Shown: piece after piece, positions 26,827 through 40,745 of the stretch
Numbering within the stretch: the stretch's first letter is position 1
Layout: every line of letters starts with the position of its first letter
NCBI RefSeq assembly: GCF_902713615.1
Contig: NC_052162.1
Coordinates: forward strand, 62,859,913-62,923,912
Direction: 5' to 3'
Length of the DNA stretch: 64,000 nucleotides
Source: Scyliorhinus canicula
Lineage: Eukaryota
Program-made: the position numbers and the translations under genes
Notes under the pieces: generated by a model
What the model saw: only the letters and a program-made list of their open reading frames with translations
Databases searched by the model: none
What the model was told of the DNA's origin: nothing

Positions 26827-27122
26827 TTATATATTTTTTAGATGTCTATCTCATCCTTGTATGGACTTAACGACCCAGCCCTCTGCGGTAAAGAATTCCA
26901 CAGATTCACTACCATCTGAGAAGTAATTAAGTGCCACACTCCTTGAGGATTCTTGCCATGCCTGCCTCCTCCATCCTGCTGACTGACCATTCGCTTATGA
27001 TCTTCCTCAACTCTCTTTGTGATCTGAGCCCTTCATGCAGCACGTGCTCCAGGAAATACTCGGGCTGCTGTGACTCCAGCAGCAAATTTGATTTTGAGGC
27101 ACGTCTGGTTAACCAGGACATA

Positions 27123-27400
27123 TCATAGAATCACTACAGCACAGAAGGAGATCATTTGGCCCATCGAGTCTGCACCGACCATCTGAGAGAGCACCCTACC
27201 CCTGTATTTGCATTGAGGGCAAATTAACATGGCCAATCCACCTAACCTGCACATCTTTGGACTGTGGGAGGAAACTGAAGCACCCGGAGGAAACCCACGC
27301 AAACACTGGGAGAATGTGCAAGCTCCACAAAGACAGTCACCCAAGGTTGGAATCGAACCTGCGTCTCTGGCATTGTGAGGCAGCATTGCTAACCACTGTC
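27123..27400 (-). mobile_element. HE1/V-SINE
   Basis: Family match. Confidence 0.8.
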
Positions 27401-28909
27401 TGGCCGTCGGTGTTCACAAAAAGCATGTAAAAAATATCCCTTTTTTATATCTGAATGAATTACTGATGGCTTGGGAAAACTCTAGTTTTCTTTTAAAGGA
27501 CGAGAACAAATCGATACCAAAATTGGACGACATACAGCCAAGTGTGAATGTACCAAAGTCCTGTTAAATACAGTAGCTTTTATTTCATACGTAACAGTCC
27601 TAGCTATGCAACTAAAACCCTTTTGCTTTCTCTATAGCCATATTACGCTGTTAGTGGTTGATTTGGGAAGACTATACCTCAATGTACCAGAGTAGGATTA
27701 ATCACCGTTTGAAGTGTAGAACGAAACAAGCAGTCAGAATTTGAGGGAAAATCTGATGAGTAGCTGAAAAATGACCATCTACAACTGTATGTTGCTTGGA
27801 AAACTAAACATTGTCTTAGCTCAAATGGTTAGAGGTGAATAGTTTATTTTTAATATCTCAACCTTTAAAATTTAACACTAGATTATGTATAATCCAATAC
27901 TGGGATCGATGTTGATTTTTTTCTGTAATATTGAGCAGTTTTTCCAGAGAGCATTGCTATTCAGTTTATTGAGTAGGAATGTGAAAATACCAAGACAACC
28001 TGAAACTTCATGCTAATTAATTACTTGTGAATATACAGGAAAGTACAAGTGCTGTTATTTACACTTCTATCTACACGACAAGCTGTAGAAAAAAAATTAG
28101 TTAATGCCTTTAAATAGTGTGTAATAGGAATTCTAACTTGCCTCATTTACTTCTGTATACAAAATTAACAGCATCCTGCTATATCTAAGTGGCTACTAAA
28201 GCCAATGAGCTTGTCATTATCTGTAATGTTGTCTTCGTCACTTCCTGCTTACTGTAATCTGGTGTCTTCTGGTTGTTTTATTCCCTCCATTTAAGGAACA
28301 TATTTATTTCACTGGTTTCTGTATTTTACATGACAAGTGTGGTGAGGGTTGTAGGGTGGTATAAATTGGTTCACTGTAGGGCTCCACTCTATTATTATTT
28401 TGTAGCTCTTTACAACAACTCATTGTGCATTTTTTTAATGATTGGTCTCTAAACCTTGGTTCTACTTCATCCTAAGCAATGAGAAGTTGTGGTATAGTAT
28501 ACATTTTAATTGCAACATTAACTTGCTTGAAACAATTCCATTTTAAAATTAATGTTGCATTTCAAAACCATAACTGAATTATCTGAATTGAATGAGGATA
28601 TTGTTTAGAAACCAGAATGTTTTCTCTGGTGTTAAAGATCTAGTCAGTTCAGCAATAGTTACTACTCTTAAATTTTACATTCCGCCAGCAGCTGTTTGTT
28701 TTTAAAAGAAGGCTATATAATCAGTATCTCATGGAAAACCTGTTTTTTGAGTTAAGTATGTGCTCAGTTATGCCATTAGAATTCTTATTTTCAAAAGGCA
28801 AGCAATTTGCCTTCACTTTCAATTACTGAATCCTGGAAGTGGACAGATACAAGCTTTAAAATCTAAGTATACTTTGACATGGTGTTAATTGGCTGTTTTG
28901 TTGCCATAG

Positions 28910-29029
28910 GGAATCTATTTTTGGCCGAATGTGGGATTTTACTTCAGACTTCTCTCGTGGTGACACTGCTTACACAAAAGTGGCACTGGATCGACACGTA
29001 GACACAACCTATTTTCAGGAACCCTGTGG
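28910..29029 (+). CDS. TMLHE: TMLHE exon 5 (iron-binding HxD)
   Basis: ESIFGRMWDFTSDFSRGDTAYTKVALDRHVDTTYFQEPC; 120 nt; absent from the ORF track. Confidence 0.96.
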
Positions 29030-29726
29030 GTATGTGTATTCCTTGTCAATGTAGAATTGCTAGGTATTTTCTCCTTTTCAATTTTATTTCTCACAACTAA
29101 GATTTTAAGGCAGATGGGTTATATTTCTGTTGACCCCAATCTTGAGGTTTAACAGTCCACTTGTATGCATTTCTTTCCTTCAAGGGAGAAAATGCCCAAA
29201 GCAGGTTCTCAAATATTCTGTCACCTAATTCAGTTTTTTGTTTAAAAAGGGGTGGGAGAGCCATTATTAAGTTGATGTGAAATTCAAATCTCTAATTTTC
29301 AAATGCGATATTCCGATCCAGTAGACTCTCTTCTCTCCCCCCCCCCCCCCCCCCCCCCCCCTATTTGGGATTCAATGGGAAAGTAGAAAGAGAAAATTGA
29401 CCCCAATTCATAATGTATTGCAGAGCACTATTCATGTTGGACAGGGATGATGTTGAATGCCTGTCTGAAACTTGATGCCAAGACTCATAATTGAATAATT
29501 GCCTTTGTACAGGTGCCCGTGAAACTGGGGCCTGCCATGGAAATGTCCGATTCAAGATAGAATTGGAGAATATTGTGGGATGGGTAAATCTGTGTTCTCA
29601 CGATGAGGAGCAAGAAACCAAATATTTTTGTGTATTACGTCTGATTTTAAGAGGTCCAATAAGACCCTAAATTAATTTGCAGCTTTGTTATCTGTTGTTT
29701 ATGCTGCTGACTTTTGTTTTGAACAG

Positions 29727-29963
29727 TGTTCAGTTGTTCCATTGTCTGAGGCACGATGGAACTGGAGGAAGAACTCTGTTGCAGGATGGGTTTAATGCTG
29801 CAGAAAATGTACGAAATGAAAATCCTCATCACTTTGAAGTACTTACTAAAGTACCAATAAAACATGAATTCATAGAGAATATAGGAGGATGCCACAATCA
29901 CATGATTGGAATTGGACCAGTTCTGAATGTTTATCCATGGAATAATGAATTGTATCTGCTAAG
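29727..29963 (+). CDS. TMLHE: TMLHE exon 6
   Basis: VQLFHCLRHDGTGGRTLLQDGF...YPWNNELYLL; 237 nt. Confidence 0.96.
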
Positions 29964-30326
29964 GTGAGAGCAAGCAGCAGAGATACTGACTTTTCTGTCC
30001 TCCACTGTTCTCTAAAGTAGCATTATGGACAATGTCCAGTAAAGGGGAGTGTCTAGCTTTTCTTGGTATCTTTTATTCCTCTCTAGATGATTCTAGATTG
30101 AACTTATGATTCAGTGGATAAATACAACAACCATTTTAAGGATTTCTGTAATCCTGCGTCTCATTTTATTGCTACATTTAAGCCAGATTGTTTTTGATTT
30201 TTTAGATTCCTTAATCACTGGAGTGTTTTATATCTACACTACCTTTATTTTGTAACTTTATATTTTATCAAATCACACGAGCCCCAAATTTTAAAATCTT
30301 CCTCTCTTTCTGACACTTGTGTACAG

Positions 30327-30465
30327 GTATAACAATTATGACAGAACCATTATAAGCACAGTGCCTCATGATGTTGTCCACCAATGGTATGTAGCACACC
30401 GAGCCCTTACAACTGAACTCAGGAAGACAGAGAATGAAATCTGGGTGAAACTCAAACCTGGCAAG
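30327..30465 (+). CDS. TMLHE: TMLHE exon 7
   Basis: YNNYDRTIISTVPHDVVHQWYVAH...KLKPGK; 139 nt. Confidence 0.96.
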
Positions 30466-31614
30466 GTATGGGTAGATTTTGGAGTTGTGTAGGTTCCAAA
30501 TGTTACAAATCTCTTTTGACCTTTGCCTGCACTGCAGTTATACATCTGGGAAACAAAATGGGATGCTGGTGCTGCAATGCAATCAAGTTAGTATGTTCAC
30601 TTGCTCGAATCAGCAGAACTGTGTTTCCTAATGTAAGACACATTTGTTTCTAACTGCTCAACTTTAAAATATGGTGTGCTCAACTCCAAGATGACTGGGT
30701 GAGTTAGTTTGTGCACGACCCATTTAGCACCTGGAATTATAGGCCCAGTTTGCCTATTATCTGTTGATCAAGCACACAGATGCAGGATACATGTTGGCTT
30801 GGGCGATCTCAACTTTACAGATTTGTCATCATGCATTCTGTAGCAGATTAATACATTTGGATAATGGATAATTTCAACCTCCCCATTTACACATCAGAAC
30901 AATGGCTTAAAGGAACTTGGGTAAATGTTTTCAATCCACTTATTTAAAGGCATCACTGTCCATGAATTCTAAACTTTAAATGACACACTCTGCAGAATTC
31001 AGGTCAAGGTTACTTATGTTAGAAACACAAAACTTTAGATTGGGAATCGTTTCTGATAATTGAAGATTCTTTTGGGCACTTCCTTAATTGAACACCCATC
31101 TCTAGAAGAGGTAAAAGGGGGCATGTCCCTATGAAGGGTCCACTGACCTTAGATGCAACGTATTGAGTATGAAATTCTGTGCTGAATACATAATGAATGT
31201 CGACATGGAATGCTGATGTAGCTTGTTTAATTAATTGCAATTTTTAAAAGTTTGAGATTTGCTGTTTCCATATATTAGTTTAAATAAATGCTCTAGCTCC
31301 GCATTGGTATTATAGGCTACTCTTGTGGCGTACTATTTTATGCTTTCTGCCCTTGTAGTTTGTCCCTAAGTGTTTCTTACCCACCTCCCTTGTGTTTATG
31401 CTTAAGGGTTGTATTTGTTCTCATTCATTAATAGCCCTTTTAGGGAAAAAAAATAGCATGTCTAACTTTCATCATCTAAATATAAATATTAACTTACTCC
31501 AATTTTAATGGTTATTTTTTAAATTCTAACTCCTTCACTGTTGTAATTACTTAACTTGATGTTGAGCTACTTGTTGTGTTGCACTTTAACAGCTATTTGT
31601 TATTTCTGTTATGT

Positions 31615-31956
31615 GAGCAGGGTAGCATGGTGGTTAGCATAAATGCTTCACAGCTCCAGGGTCCCAGGTTCGATTCCCGGCTGGGTCACTGTCTGTGTGG
31701 AGTCTGCACGTCCTCCCCCTGTGTGCGTGGGTTTCCTCCGGGTGCTCCGGTTTCCTCCCACAGTCCAAAGATGTGCGGGTTAGGTGGATTGACCATGCTA
31801 AATTGCCCGTAGTGTCCTAATAAAAGCAAGGTTAAGGGGGGGGTTGTTGGGTTACGGGTATGGGGTGGATACGTGGGTTTGAGTAGGGTGATCATGGCTC
31901 GGCACAACATTGAGGGCCGAAGGGCCTGTTCTGTGCTGTACTGTTCTATGTTCTAT
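31615..31956 (+). mobile_element. HE1/V-SINE, young full-length copy
   Basis: Near-identical to the reverse complement of 11626-11967. Confidence 0.9.
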
Positions 31957-32238
31957 GATGTCTGGAATTGTGCTACTCTGCAATTAATTCATGGAAGTTG
32001 TTTTATCTGCCATTCATTTTCACTGCAATCTGTATGAGGCAAAGGGAGACACCAATGTGCAGTCAACTTGTATATGTAGGATACCAATGAACCATATACT
32101 AAAGTTGTTTTGGGATTTTGAACACTTCTCTGCATCTCCTTGAAAACAAATCTGGTGTACGAAGTTGCTCTGTACTGGGAAGTCAAAACTGGTTCACAAA
32201 TTGTAAAATTTTTAATGACTACTTGTTTCTACCACCAG

Positions 32239-32370
32239 ATTTTATTTGTTGATAATTGGAGAGTCCTGCATGGCCGTGATGCATTTACTGGGTACCGTCG
32301 GCTGTGTGGCTGTTACCTGATGAGAGATGATGTCCTGAACACTGCAAGATTCCTTGGGATCAAGATTTGA
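32239..32370 (+). CDS. TMLHE: TMLHE exon 8 (last coding exon)
   Basis: ILFVDNWRVLHGRDAFTGYRRLCGCY...GIKI*; 132 nt. Confidence 0.96.
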   Translation: MLFVDNWRVLHGRDAFTGYRRLCGCYLMRDDVLNTARFLGIKI

Positions 32371-32518
32371 AAAGTCAACAAATTGTCTATGGCAGAGTTC
32401 TGGCATGTCTCTGAATTTTAGAATCATTTTTGAACTTTTAACTACTGGTGGAGCATCTTAATTGATGATGGACCATGCATTCCAGAAAACCATATTTCAA
32501 GGGAATAATATTTCTCAA

Positions 32519-32524
32519 AATAAA
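32519..32524 (+). terminator. candidate TMLHE poly(A) signal
   Basis: First AATAAA after the stop codon. Confidence 0.3.
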
Positions 32525-33766
32525 TTATATTTTGCTTTCTCAGCTGAACTAAAACCTTTTGCATAAAGTGAGTTTTAAAGCTTTAATTGTTGTAACCTTT
32601 CAACTACTCTTCTTCACTTCTTATTATTTTATCCTGTCAAAAGGGTTTGTTAAGCTAAGTGAAATAGAATTCATTGTATACAGAAGTAAAAAAGTCTTCT
32701 GAAATCATCCAGGGAGGAGTTTGTATGATGAGCTTGTACAACTGGACCAAGAATGTGTGCTCAAACTAAACAATACAATGTTTGGTGTAAACAGTGTTCA
32801 TAATTGTACAGTGCTTTCATTTAAACTCTGCTGCAGTTCCAGCATGTAGTCTGTCTCAACTTGAAATCCCATAGTGTTCATTGAACAAGCTAAGTGCAGT
32901 CAATGCATCCATGTCACCTAGATCCGTTATATGTACTAAATGTAATTTGGCTTTTCCTCCCAATAATCATTTTCTATGACAATACAAACTGCATTGTTAT
33001 GGATGTGATGCCATGCAAAGCCTGGCAAAAGCATAATAGCATACATCTAGTGTGCTTAAAATACCATAAATTGTAGGTTTGCTATTCAAAAGTTTTGATT
33101 AACTAATGTGCACCCCCAAGTCATGATACTTTTGGCAACATAAACTTCTGACTTTTTAGACATAGTCTAATGGGGAAATACGAAAATGGCAGAAACGTTA
33201 AACCTAGGTCGCAAATATAACCCTGTTGTCCAAAAAAAAAGGGAGAGGGAAAACAAAGATTGGCATCTGTAGTAGGGAAGGTGCCAGAATCCATTATTAG
33301 GGATGTGGTAACAACACTTTTTATTAGGTAGAGTGGATATGCAATTAAAGTGAAATAGTGCTTGATAAATGCTTTTCACAGTAACTTCATTTGAAGCCTA
33401 CTTGTGACAATAAGCGATTTTCATTTCATTTCATTTCATTCTCACATTGAACTGCAAGGATTGGTACTTGGGCTTCAACTATATACAATCTATATTAATG
33501 ACTCGTGAAGGGGCAGTGCCATGTATCCAGCTTTGCTGACTATACAAAGTTAAGTGAGAAAGTAAGCTGTGAGGATGTGCAAAGGAATTATAGGAAATTG
33601 AGTGCGCAAGAACGTGGCAGATGTAATTTGGAGATGTGTGACACTAACAACTTGGAAAATTAAGTAAAATATTTAAATAGCAGGCCACTAGGAAATAAAC
33701 AAAAAGCTGGAAAAACTCAGCAGGTCTGGCAGCATCTGTAGAGAAATTAAATAGGTTTGACATTTT

Positions 33767-34517
33767 GGGTGCGATTCTCTGGTTGCGCTGCGTTTGAGCG
33801 AGAGCACAATGCAACTGGAGAATCCTGGGAGAGCCCTCTCGTGAGTCTCAGCAGCCTCCGCGCCTCCTGGGATTCATCCAAGTCCCACGAAACATCGGAG
33901 TCGGAACTCTACCCAAAAGTAGCCAGACCAAACAGACTCCCGGAAGTGGCTCTCGCCTACTTACCCGGGGTACATTGGCCTCCCCCGATTCTCTGGCCTC
34001 TCCAGGGAGGCTGCAGCTGGATGCTGATCAGTGCTGGTCCACACAAACGTGGACCAGGCGGAATGGCACCCATGGGTCTCCCAGGCATCGGAGACTCCTG
34101 GGCGGTCAGGGTCAGTACAGGGTGGCCACCTGGCACTGCCTAGGTGGCACTGCAGCTGGCAGGTTGGCACTGTCAAGGGTCATAGCCCAAGAAGGGGGGG
34201 GGGGGGGGCGCCATGCCCATAAAAGCACACTGGTGGGGTGTGTGCAGGGCAAGTAGTGGGGGGCCTCTGGGAGGTTGGGTGGGGGTGTTGGGGAGAATCC
34301 ATAAGCTCATTTAGAGATCAGGGCATCCTTACAAAATGGCAGCCCGATCTGAGTTCAGCTCCCCATACTAAACAAAACTTTAAGTGTGAGCTAAACCGGT
34401 GAGAAACTCCCCGGGCCCAAAAAAGTGACTCTGTTATTGAATAGCGGTGAAGAATTCTCAACTCCCTGAAAAACCCGCCACAAATGAACTTGGAAACTTT
34501 TTGGGAGAATCACGGCC
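33767..34517. mobile_element. non-autonomous TIR element (possibly Harbinger-like)
   Basis: Imperfect TIRs GGGTGCGATTCTC / GAGAATCACGGCC; internal TGGCAC/GTGCCA motifs shared with 61270-61969. Confidence 0.55.
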
Positions 34518-36664
34518 TTTGAGTCCCTGTGACTTCCTCAGAGTAGTAAGAGACTGGGAAATATTGGTATTTGGAGTGAAGCTGGATGTCCTTGTACATG
34601 ATTCACAAAGTGAACTTGTAGGTATAGCAAAAAACTAGAAAAGCAAAAATAATGCTGGCCCTTCGTATAGAACGATTAGAATACAAGAGTTAGTCTACTA
34701 CAATTATAAAGGGCATTGGTGAGGCCAGACCAGGAGTTCTGTGAACATCAATTTAAAAGAATAAGCAGTGAGGTCTACAGCACAGAGGTCTGCACCAGTT
34801 AAAAGCAACCACCTAACTATATGGGGGTCTCTGCCTCCACCACTCTTTCAGGCAGCGAGTTTCAGACTTCCACCACCCTCGGTGAAGCTAATTTTCCCTC
34901 GTCCTCATTTAAATCTCCTGACTCTTCCCTGAAATCTGTGCTCCCTGGTCAATGATCCCTCCACCAAGGGCAAAAGTTTCTTCCTGTCTACTCTATCAAT
35001 GCCTCTCATAATTTTATACATCTCCATCATAATGTACAAAGATCTTAAGGGACTGGACATGTTAGGTGTTCAGAGGTTGCTATCCCTTGGCTGGAATCTA
35101 GAATGAGGGATCGCAGTCTTAATGTAAGGGATTACCAGTTAGGACCAAGGGGAGAAATTTCTTCACTCAGTTGTGAATCTTTGGAATTTTCTACCTCAGC
35201 AAGCTGTGAATAGTCTAAATACATTCAAGGTAGAGATTAATGAGAAAACTGCAGTGGGATGGACCTGAAGATGGTCTTTCTGGATGACAGAGCAGACTCA
35301 AAAGGGCTCAGTGACTTCCTCTTGCTCCTGTTTATGTTCAAAACAGCACAAAAACCTAGAAAATGGAATGAATCCTTAGAATGGAATGAGAGTCTGGTGA
35401 AAGGAAAAGCACTCAAGGTAGCTGTGTGAATCAGTGGGATTATAATGGATATTGGTAAATAGCTATCTAGAGAAATGGAGATACAGTAGTTGAGGGACCT
35501 GTGATGAGCTTTGTGAACATGAGGGAAAGGTGGAAATTGAAGGCAAAGTTGAAGTTTTCCATTTGGGCAAAAGCAGGAAACTGCACTAGTACAACCGTGT
35601 ATCACCAGGTTAGGTGTTTTCTTACATTCCACTCTACACAAGTCTTCACACTCAATGGATCATCTTCCATCCCCTCTACCTTTCAACATTTCTACCCTGA
35701 TAAACCACTCTTCAGTCACGCCCAACACTCCTTCCCAGTGTAATTTTCTGTGCAAGAGGTGTTCCTCCTTCCTACTAATAATACCCCAAGATGAAACAGT
35801 GATTTACTTTGTTTGGTATACTGAGGTTCTTAATCTGTTTGCTTCTGAGGCTCCTGTAACAGCACAAACGTTTACTGCATATTTTTGTTTTATGTGAAAC
35901 TTTTTGCTGGTGCTGAGTAATGATCGTCAAGAGATGAAGTGTCTTTGACATGTGTGTTCATTTGTGTTCATTTTAGTTCAATTTTGTTTAAGTTAATAGA
36001 CTCTTACCAAGGTTGGTAGTAAAAGTGTCACTTGAGCTGAAAAGAATGCTGATGAGACCAGTGAAGATGATGCAGTGTCTGCTCTTGCTTCTCTTATTTG
36101 TTACTAACATGGTGCAGTTCACTTGTTTTTTCTTGACAATATGGTGGACCAATACCTGTGAGACTTGAGACTAAGGTGTGATTTCTGATTCCTCTTTTCC
36201 GATGTGAGGCAAGGGGCCAAAAGGTATACTGGTGTCAAAGATTCGTGTCACTTGTAACTTGCAGGGATGGGCAATAAATTGACTTATGTGGTGAAGGTGA
36301 GGAGCCACTTGTATGTCCTAGGTTTTTTCATGTATGGAACGATCTCTCTGGACTGCACGCAGAACAATACTTTTCACTGTCACGTGACAAATCAAATCTA
36401 AATCTACAAGCAGACCTCTTGAAACCTCCTTCTGGACATCTAGGGTGTCACAGACAGAGAATGTAATTTAATTCTCTGCCCCACTTGCACTTTGATATCT
36501 CTGTCCTTGGCCTCCTACCTTATTAAGAATAAAGCTCAATGTAAGCTTGAGAAATAACACTCAAATTTTGAGGCCTTCCAGACTTTATTCAATAATTTCA
36601 GATCATAACAGGTGCTCCTATGTTATTGAACAACAGCTCCTGGTAATTCTGTTAACACACAACC

Positions 36665-36980
36665 TTCAGTGCAGAAGGAGGCCATTTGGCACATTTGAGT
36701 CTACATGGCTCTTGGAAAGAGCACCCTACTGAAGCCCACGCCTCCACCCTATCCCTGTAACCCAAAAACCGTACCTAAACTTTTGGACACTAAGGGCAAT
36801 TTATCATGGCCAATCCACCTAACCTGCACATCTTTCGACTGTGGGAGGAAACCGGAGCACCCGGAGGAAACCCACGCAGACACGGGGAGAACTCACAAAC
36901 AGTGACTCAAGTCGGAATTGAACGTGGAACCCTGGAGCTGTGAAGCAACTGGGCTAACCACTGTGCTACCGTGCGGCCCC
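36665..36980 (-). mobile_element. HE1/V-SINE
   Basis: Family match. Confidence 0.8.
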
Positions 36981-37629
36981 AATTACCCTAACCTTAGTTA
37001 CATCCATTTTAGGAACAGGAATAGGCCATTAAGCCTGTCGAGCCTGCTCTGCCATTCAACACAATCATGGTTGATTTGACACTTCAATGCCTTTTATACC
37101 CATAACCCTTTACGTTATTGGTAATCAGAAATCTTGTCTATCTCTGCTTTAAACATACACAATAACTGAGCTTCCACAGCCCTCTGGATAGAGAATTCCA
37201 AATATTCACGGCCCTCTATATAAAGAAATTTCTCTTTCCTAGGTAGCATCCCCCTTATTTTGAAATTGTGACCCCTGTTTCTAGATTACCCAAGTAAGGG
37301 AAACATCTTGCATCTACCCTGTCTATTCCTTTAAGTATTTTGTTGGTTGCAAGAAGATCGTCTTATTCCGAAATTCCACAGAACACAGGCCGGGTTTCTC
37401 CAATCGATCTTCACAAATCAGTCCCAACAGCCCTGGAACAAGTCTGCTGAAACATCATTGCCCTTCCTCTATGGCAATAATATCCTTTGAGGTAAGTGGA
37501 GTAAAACTGCACACACTGTTACAGGTGCGGTCTAACCAAGCTCCTGTACAATTGAAGCATCCATCAACTCTCATTTATGAATTTTATTAAAAACTCCCCA
37601 ACATGTTCGTCAAACATGATATCCCATTC

Positions 37630-38815
37630 TTAAAAAAATATTTTTATTAAAGCATTTATATAAACATCAAATACACAAACGAGCAAGAACAAACTGGAAC
37701 ATCATAATAAATACCTTATCAACACCCAAACCCTTCTGTCCTTTCCCATCCTGCCTTCCACACTTTAACCCCCTTATTTCTTCTCCATCCACCTCTGTCG
37801 CTGACACCTCAATCCTTAAAGAAGTTGACAAACGGCTTCCACCTCTGGGCAAACCCCTCGACCGACCCTCTCAAGACGAACTTAAAATCAGGAATTCTGC
37901 CAGGTCATTCGCCCATGCCCCCCAGTTTTGGTGGCTCCGAGACCCTCCACCCTCGCAAAATCCGTTTCTGGCGGGGAGGCAAAGGCCAAGACATTGGCCT
38001 CTCTCGCCCCCTGGAGTCCTGGGTCCCAAATATCGCTGCCTCTGAGCTTGGGCCCACCTTCACCCTCAGCACCTCGGACATTCCATCCGCAAACACCTGC
38101 CAGATCCTCTTCAGTTTCGGACACGCTTTGTAACATGTGGAAATAGTTTGCACGCTCCTCGTGCATCGCCCACACCAACCTCTACCCCCTCAAAAAACTC
38201 ACTCATCCTAGCCACCGTCATGTGTGCCCTGTGAACTACTTTGAACTGGATAACTGCACACAACGAGGACGCATTCATCCTCCTCAGGGCCTCCTCCCAC
38301 ATCCCAGCCTCCAACTCACCACTTTTCCCATGTAACTTCTATCGATCCCGCACCCCCAGTCCATTAACTCCTTATAAATATCTGACACCTTACCCTCCCG
38401 CACTCCCTCCCTCGACAACAACTTATCCTGCAACCCCAAGGGCAGCAGCCTGGGAAAGGATGGCACCTGCTTCCTCACAACGTCCCGAACCTGTAAGTAT
38501 CGGAATCCATTTCCGCTGGGAAGCTCATATTCCTCTTCCAGGTCCTCTAAACTCAAAGCTGTCGCCCAACAAAGAGGTCCCTGAACTGCTCAATCGCTGT
38601 CTGCTGCCACCCCCAAAAACTTGCGTCCAGCCCACCCCCCCCCCCCCCCACCCCCCCACCCACCCCGTGTAAACCTGAGATTATCACAAATGGGTGCCTG
38701 CACCGAGGCACCTTTCAACCTCAGATGCTGGTGCTACTGCCCCCATACTCTCAAGTCCACTACCATCACTTGGCTCATGGAGTACCTGGCCGGCAAGAAT
38801 GGCAGGAGAATGGGT
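37630..38815 (-). mobile_element. L1-like ORF2 3' fragment
   Basis: WEEALRRMNASSLC..IQFKVVHRAHMT; 3' end with poly(A) signal near 37645. Confidence 0.75.
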
Positions 38816-39290
38816 CGTAGTTCAGCACCATGTTGGCAATCTTGCACGGGGGGGGGGGGGGGGGGGGATTTAGGGTGTCGTACTTACTGGAGCTGCAGAC
38901 AGGAGCGGGGGCAAATGTTTTGGCATTCATCTCGCTGATTGCTTGCAGGCAGATCCTGTTGGGGTGGAGGACAGCTAGCCCTCCCTGTGCTTTTGTTTGG
39001 CTTGGGGACCTGATGAGTTCCTGTATTTGGAGAAGGTTGAGGGGGGAAATTGAGGGGTTGCAGAAGAGATGGGAGTTTGTTTATTCTTCATTTTAAAGAG
39101 TTGGTTACCGTCACCTGCTCGGAGGAGGAAACTCGGGTTGGGATGGGGAGTGTCATTCTTTGAGTTATTAGGGTATTGCTTGGTAGTGTGGGAGATAGGG
39201 GAGTTCTATCGTTCTTGTTTTTCATTGTTTGTTTATGAATAAAATGTTCAAATTTTAAAACCGAATAAAAATATACATTAAAAAAAATTT
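38816..39290 (+). mobile_element. L1-like 3' end, opposite orientation
   Basis: ANVLAFISLIACRQILLGW; AATAAA and A-rich tail. Confidence 0.7.
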
Positions 39291-39299
39291 ATGGCAGTT

Positions 39300-40450
39300 T
39301 TGAATTGAAGGATTCTTGTCACTGATCCAGGAGCAGAGGTATTTTTACCAGCTGCAAAAGTTTTCATTAATGTAAATAATTCTCCGATCTGGAAGACCCA
39401 GAGTTAGGAACAAAGGGTCAAATTCTAAGGCCCTGTCAAATATCCTCTTAAACTCCTTCACTACACCATCAATTGGTGTATGCAGTGTATATAACCAAAC
39501 TCGACTACCAGGCACTTGAGCACATCAAGGATATAGCAGGATCAAACCTGTCTCTCAAACTCGGTGTGATGTGCAAATGGTGCAGTATCTCAATGTGAGC
39601 CTCCTTCATTCTGTTGCATACAAAGATTTTATTGGCATAATCCCATATACTACCCCAAGTCTCCTCATCAATATTAGTTGGCAAGTCTTTTTCCCAAGAC
39701 TGCAAAGTACCCAATGTACTAACACAGGTTCTGGAACACGAGGTGTCATAAAACTTGCCAATTAATGTTTAGGCTCTGCAGAAATCAGGATGTTTTGCAC
39801 CAGGGAAATAGATGAGTTAAGATGCAACGTTGTCTTATTAAGGACAAACAGTTTAAGTTGCAGATACGTAAAAAGGATTTATTTGGGCTATCAAATTATT
39901 GGCATCGCTCAAAGGATGACAAGGAAACATCTCTGAACATATCTCCCAGCCTACAAATGTGTCTCGGTATCTAGGTATGCCAGGTATCAAATCCATGGTG
40001 CATAATATCTGGTGGGAAGTCGAGGGTGTCCTGGATGGGAGAAAGAGTGGAAGTCAGTTCAGATCTCCCTTCCAATTGGCAGACCAGCCTTCTTGCTCTA
40101 AAAGTATTAATAATAATAGGATTTCCACACGTAGCAGAACGTGAACTAATCCCCTTAAAATAACAAGACCTACAAAAGGTAAACCAACTGGTCTGCTTCA
40201 ATATCGAGCCAAATGGAGGTGGGGTCCTTTCTAACCCAATCCCATATAAACTTAAGATGGGAGGTGAATTGGTACAGTCTAATACTTGGAACCCCCATTG
40301 GAACCTGGGAGCTGCAAATCAGTTAACTTCAGACATGCTTCTTTTTATTCCAAATCAACAACTAATCATTCTATTGATCTTCTTTAAGACTCAAGCAGGC
40401 AACAAGATGGGCAACATCTCCAAGTGATACACCAATCTAGGAAACACATA
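39300..40450 (-). mobile_element. degenerate L1-like ORF2 fragment
   Basis: WEKDL..IDEETWGSIW..ILHHLHITP. Confidence 0.6.
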
Positions 40451-40454
40451 ATAA

Positions 40455-40745
40455 TGGGAGCAGCACAGTAGCACAGTGATTAGCACTGTTCACAGTCCCA
40501 GGCTCCCGGGTTCGATTAACGCTTGAGTCACAGTCTGTGCAGAGTCTGCAGGTTCTCCCTGTGTCTGCGTGGGTTTCCTCCGGGTGCTCCGGTTTCCTCC
40601 CATAAGTCCCGAAAGACGTGCTTTCAGTGAATTGGACATTCTGAATTCTCTCTGTGTGTACCTGAACAGGCGCTGGAGTGTGGCCACTCGGGGGTTTTCA
40701 CAGTAACTTCATTGCCGTGTTCATGTGACAATTAAGATTGTTATT
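40455..40745 (+). mobile_element. V-SINE
   Basis: Family match. Confidence 0.8.

Larger units (their letters stand above)
17121..32370 (+). other. TMLHE: TMLHE gene, coding span (7 coding exons, 1269 nt, 422 aa)
   Basis: Spliced ORF is open; Zn-binding RDHCR..C, HxD (DRHVD) and VLHGR motifs of the Fe/2OG dioxygenase; exon sizes 177/120/237/139/132 match human as recalled. Confidence 0.95.

Noticed and set aside
29336-29361. Frequent long poly-C/poly-G runs
   Set aside because: Scattered throughout, mostly in repeats; lengths unreliable and no locus-specific meaning evident
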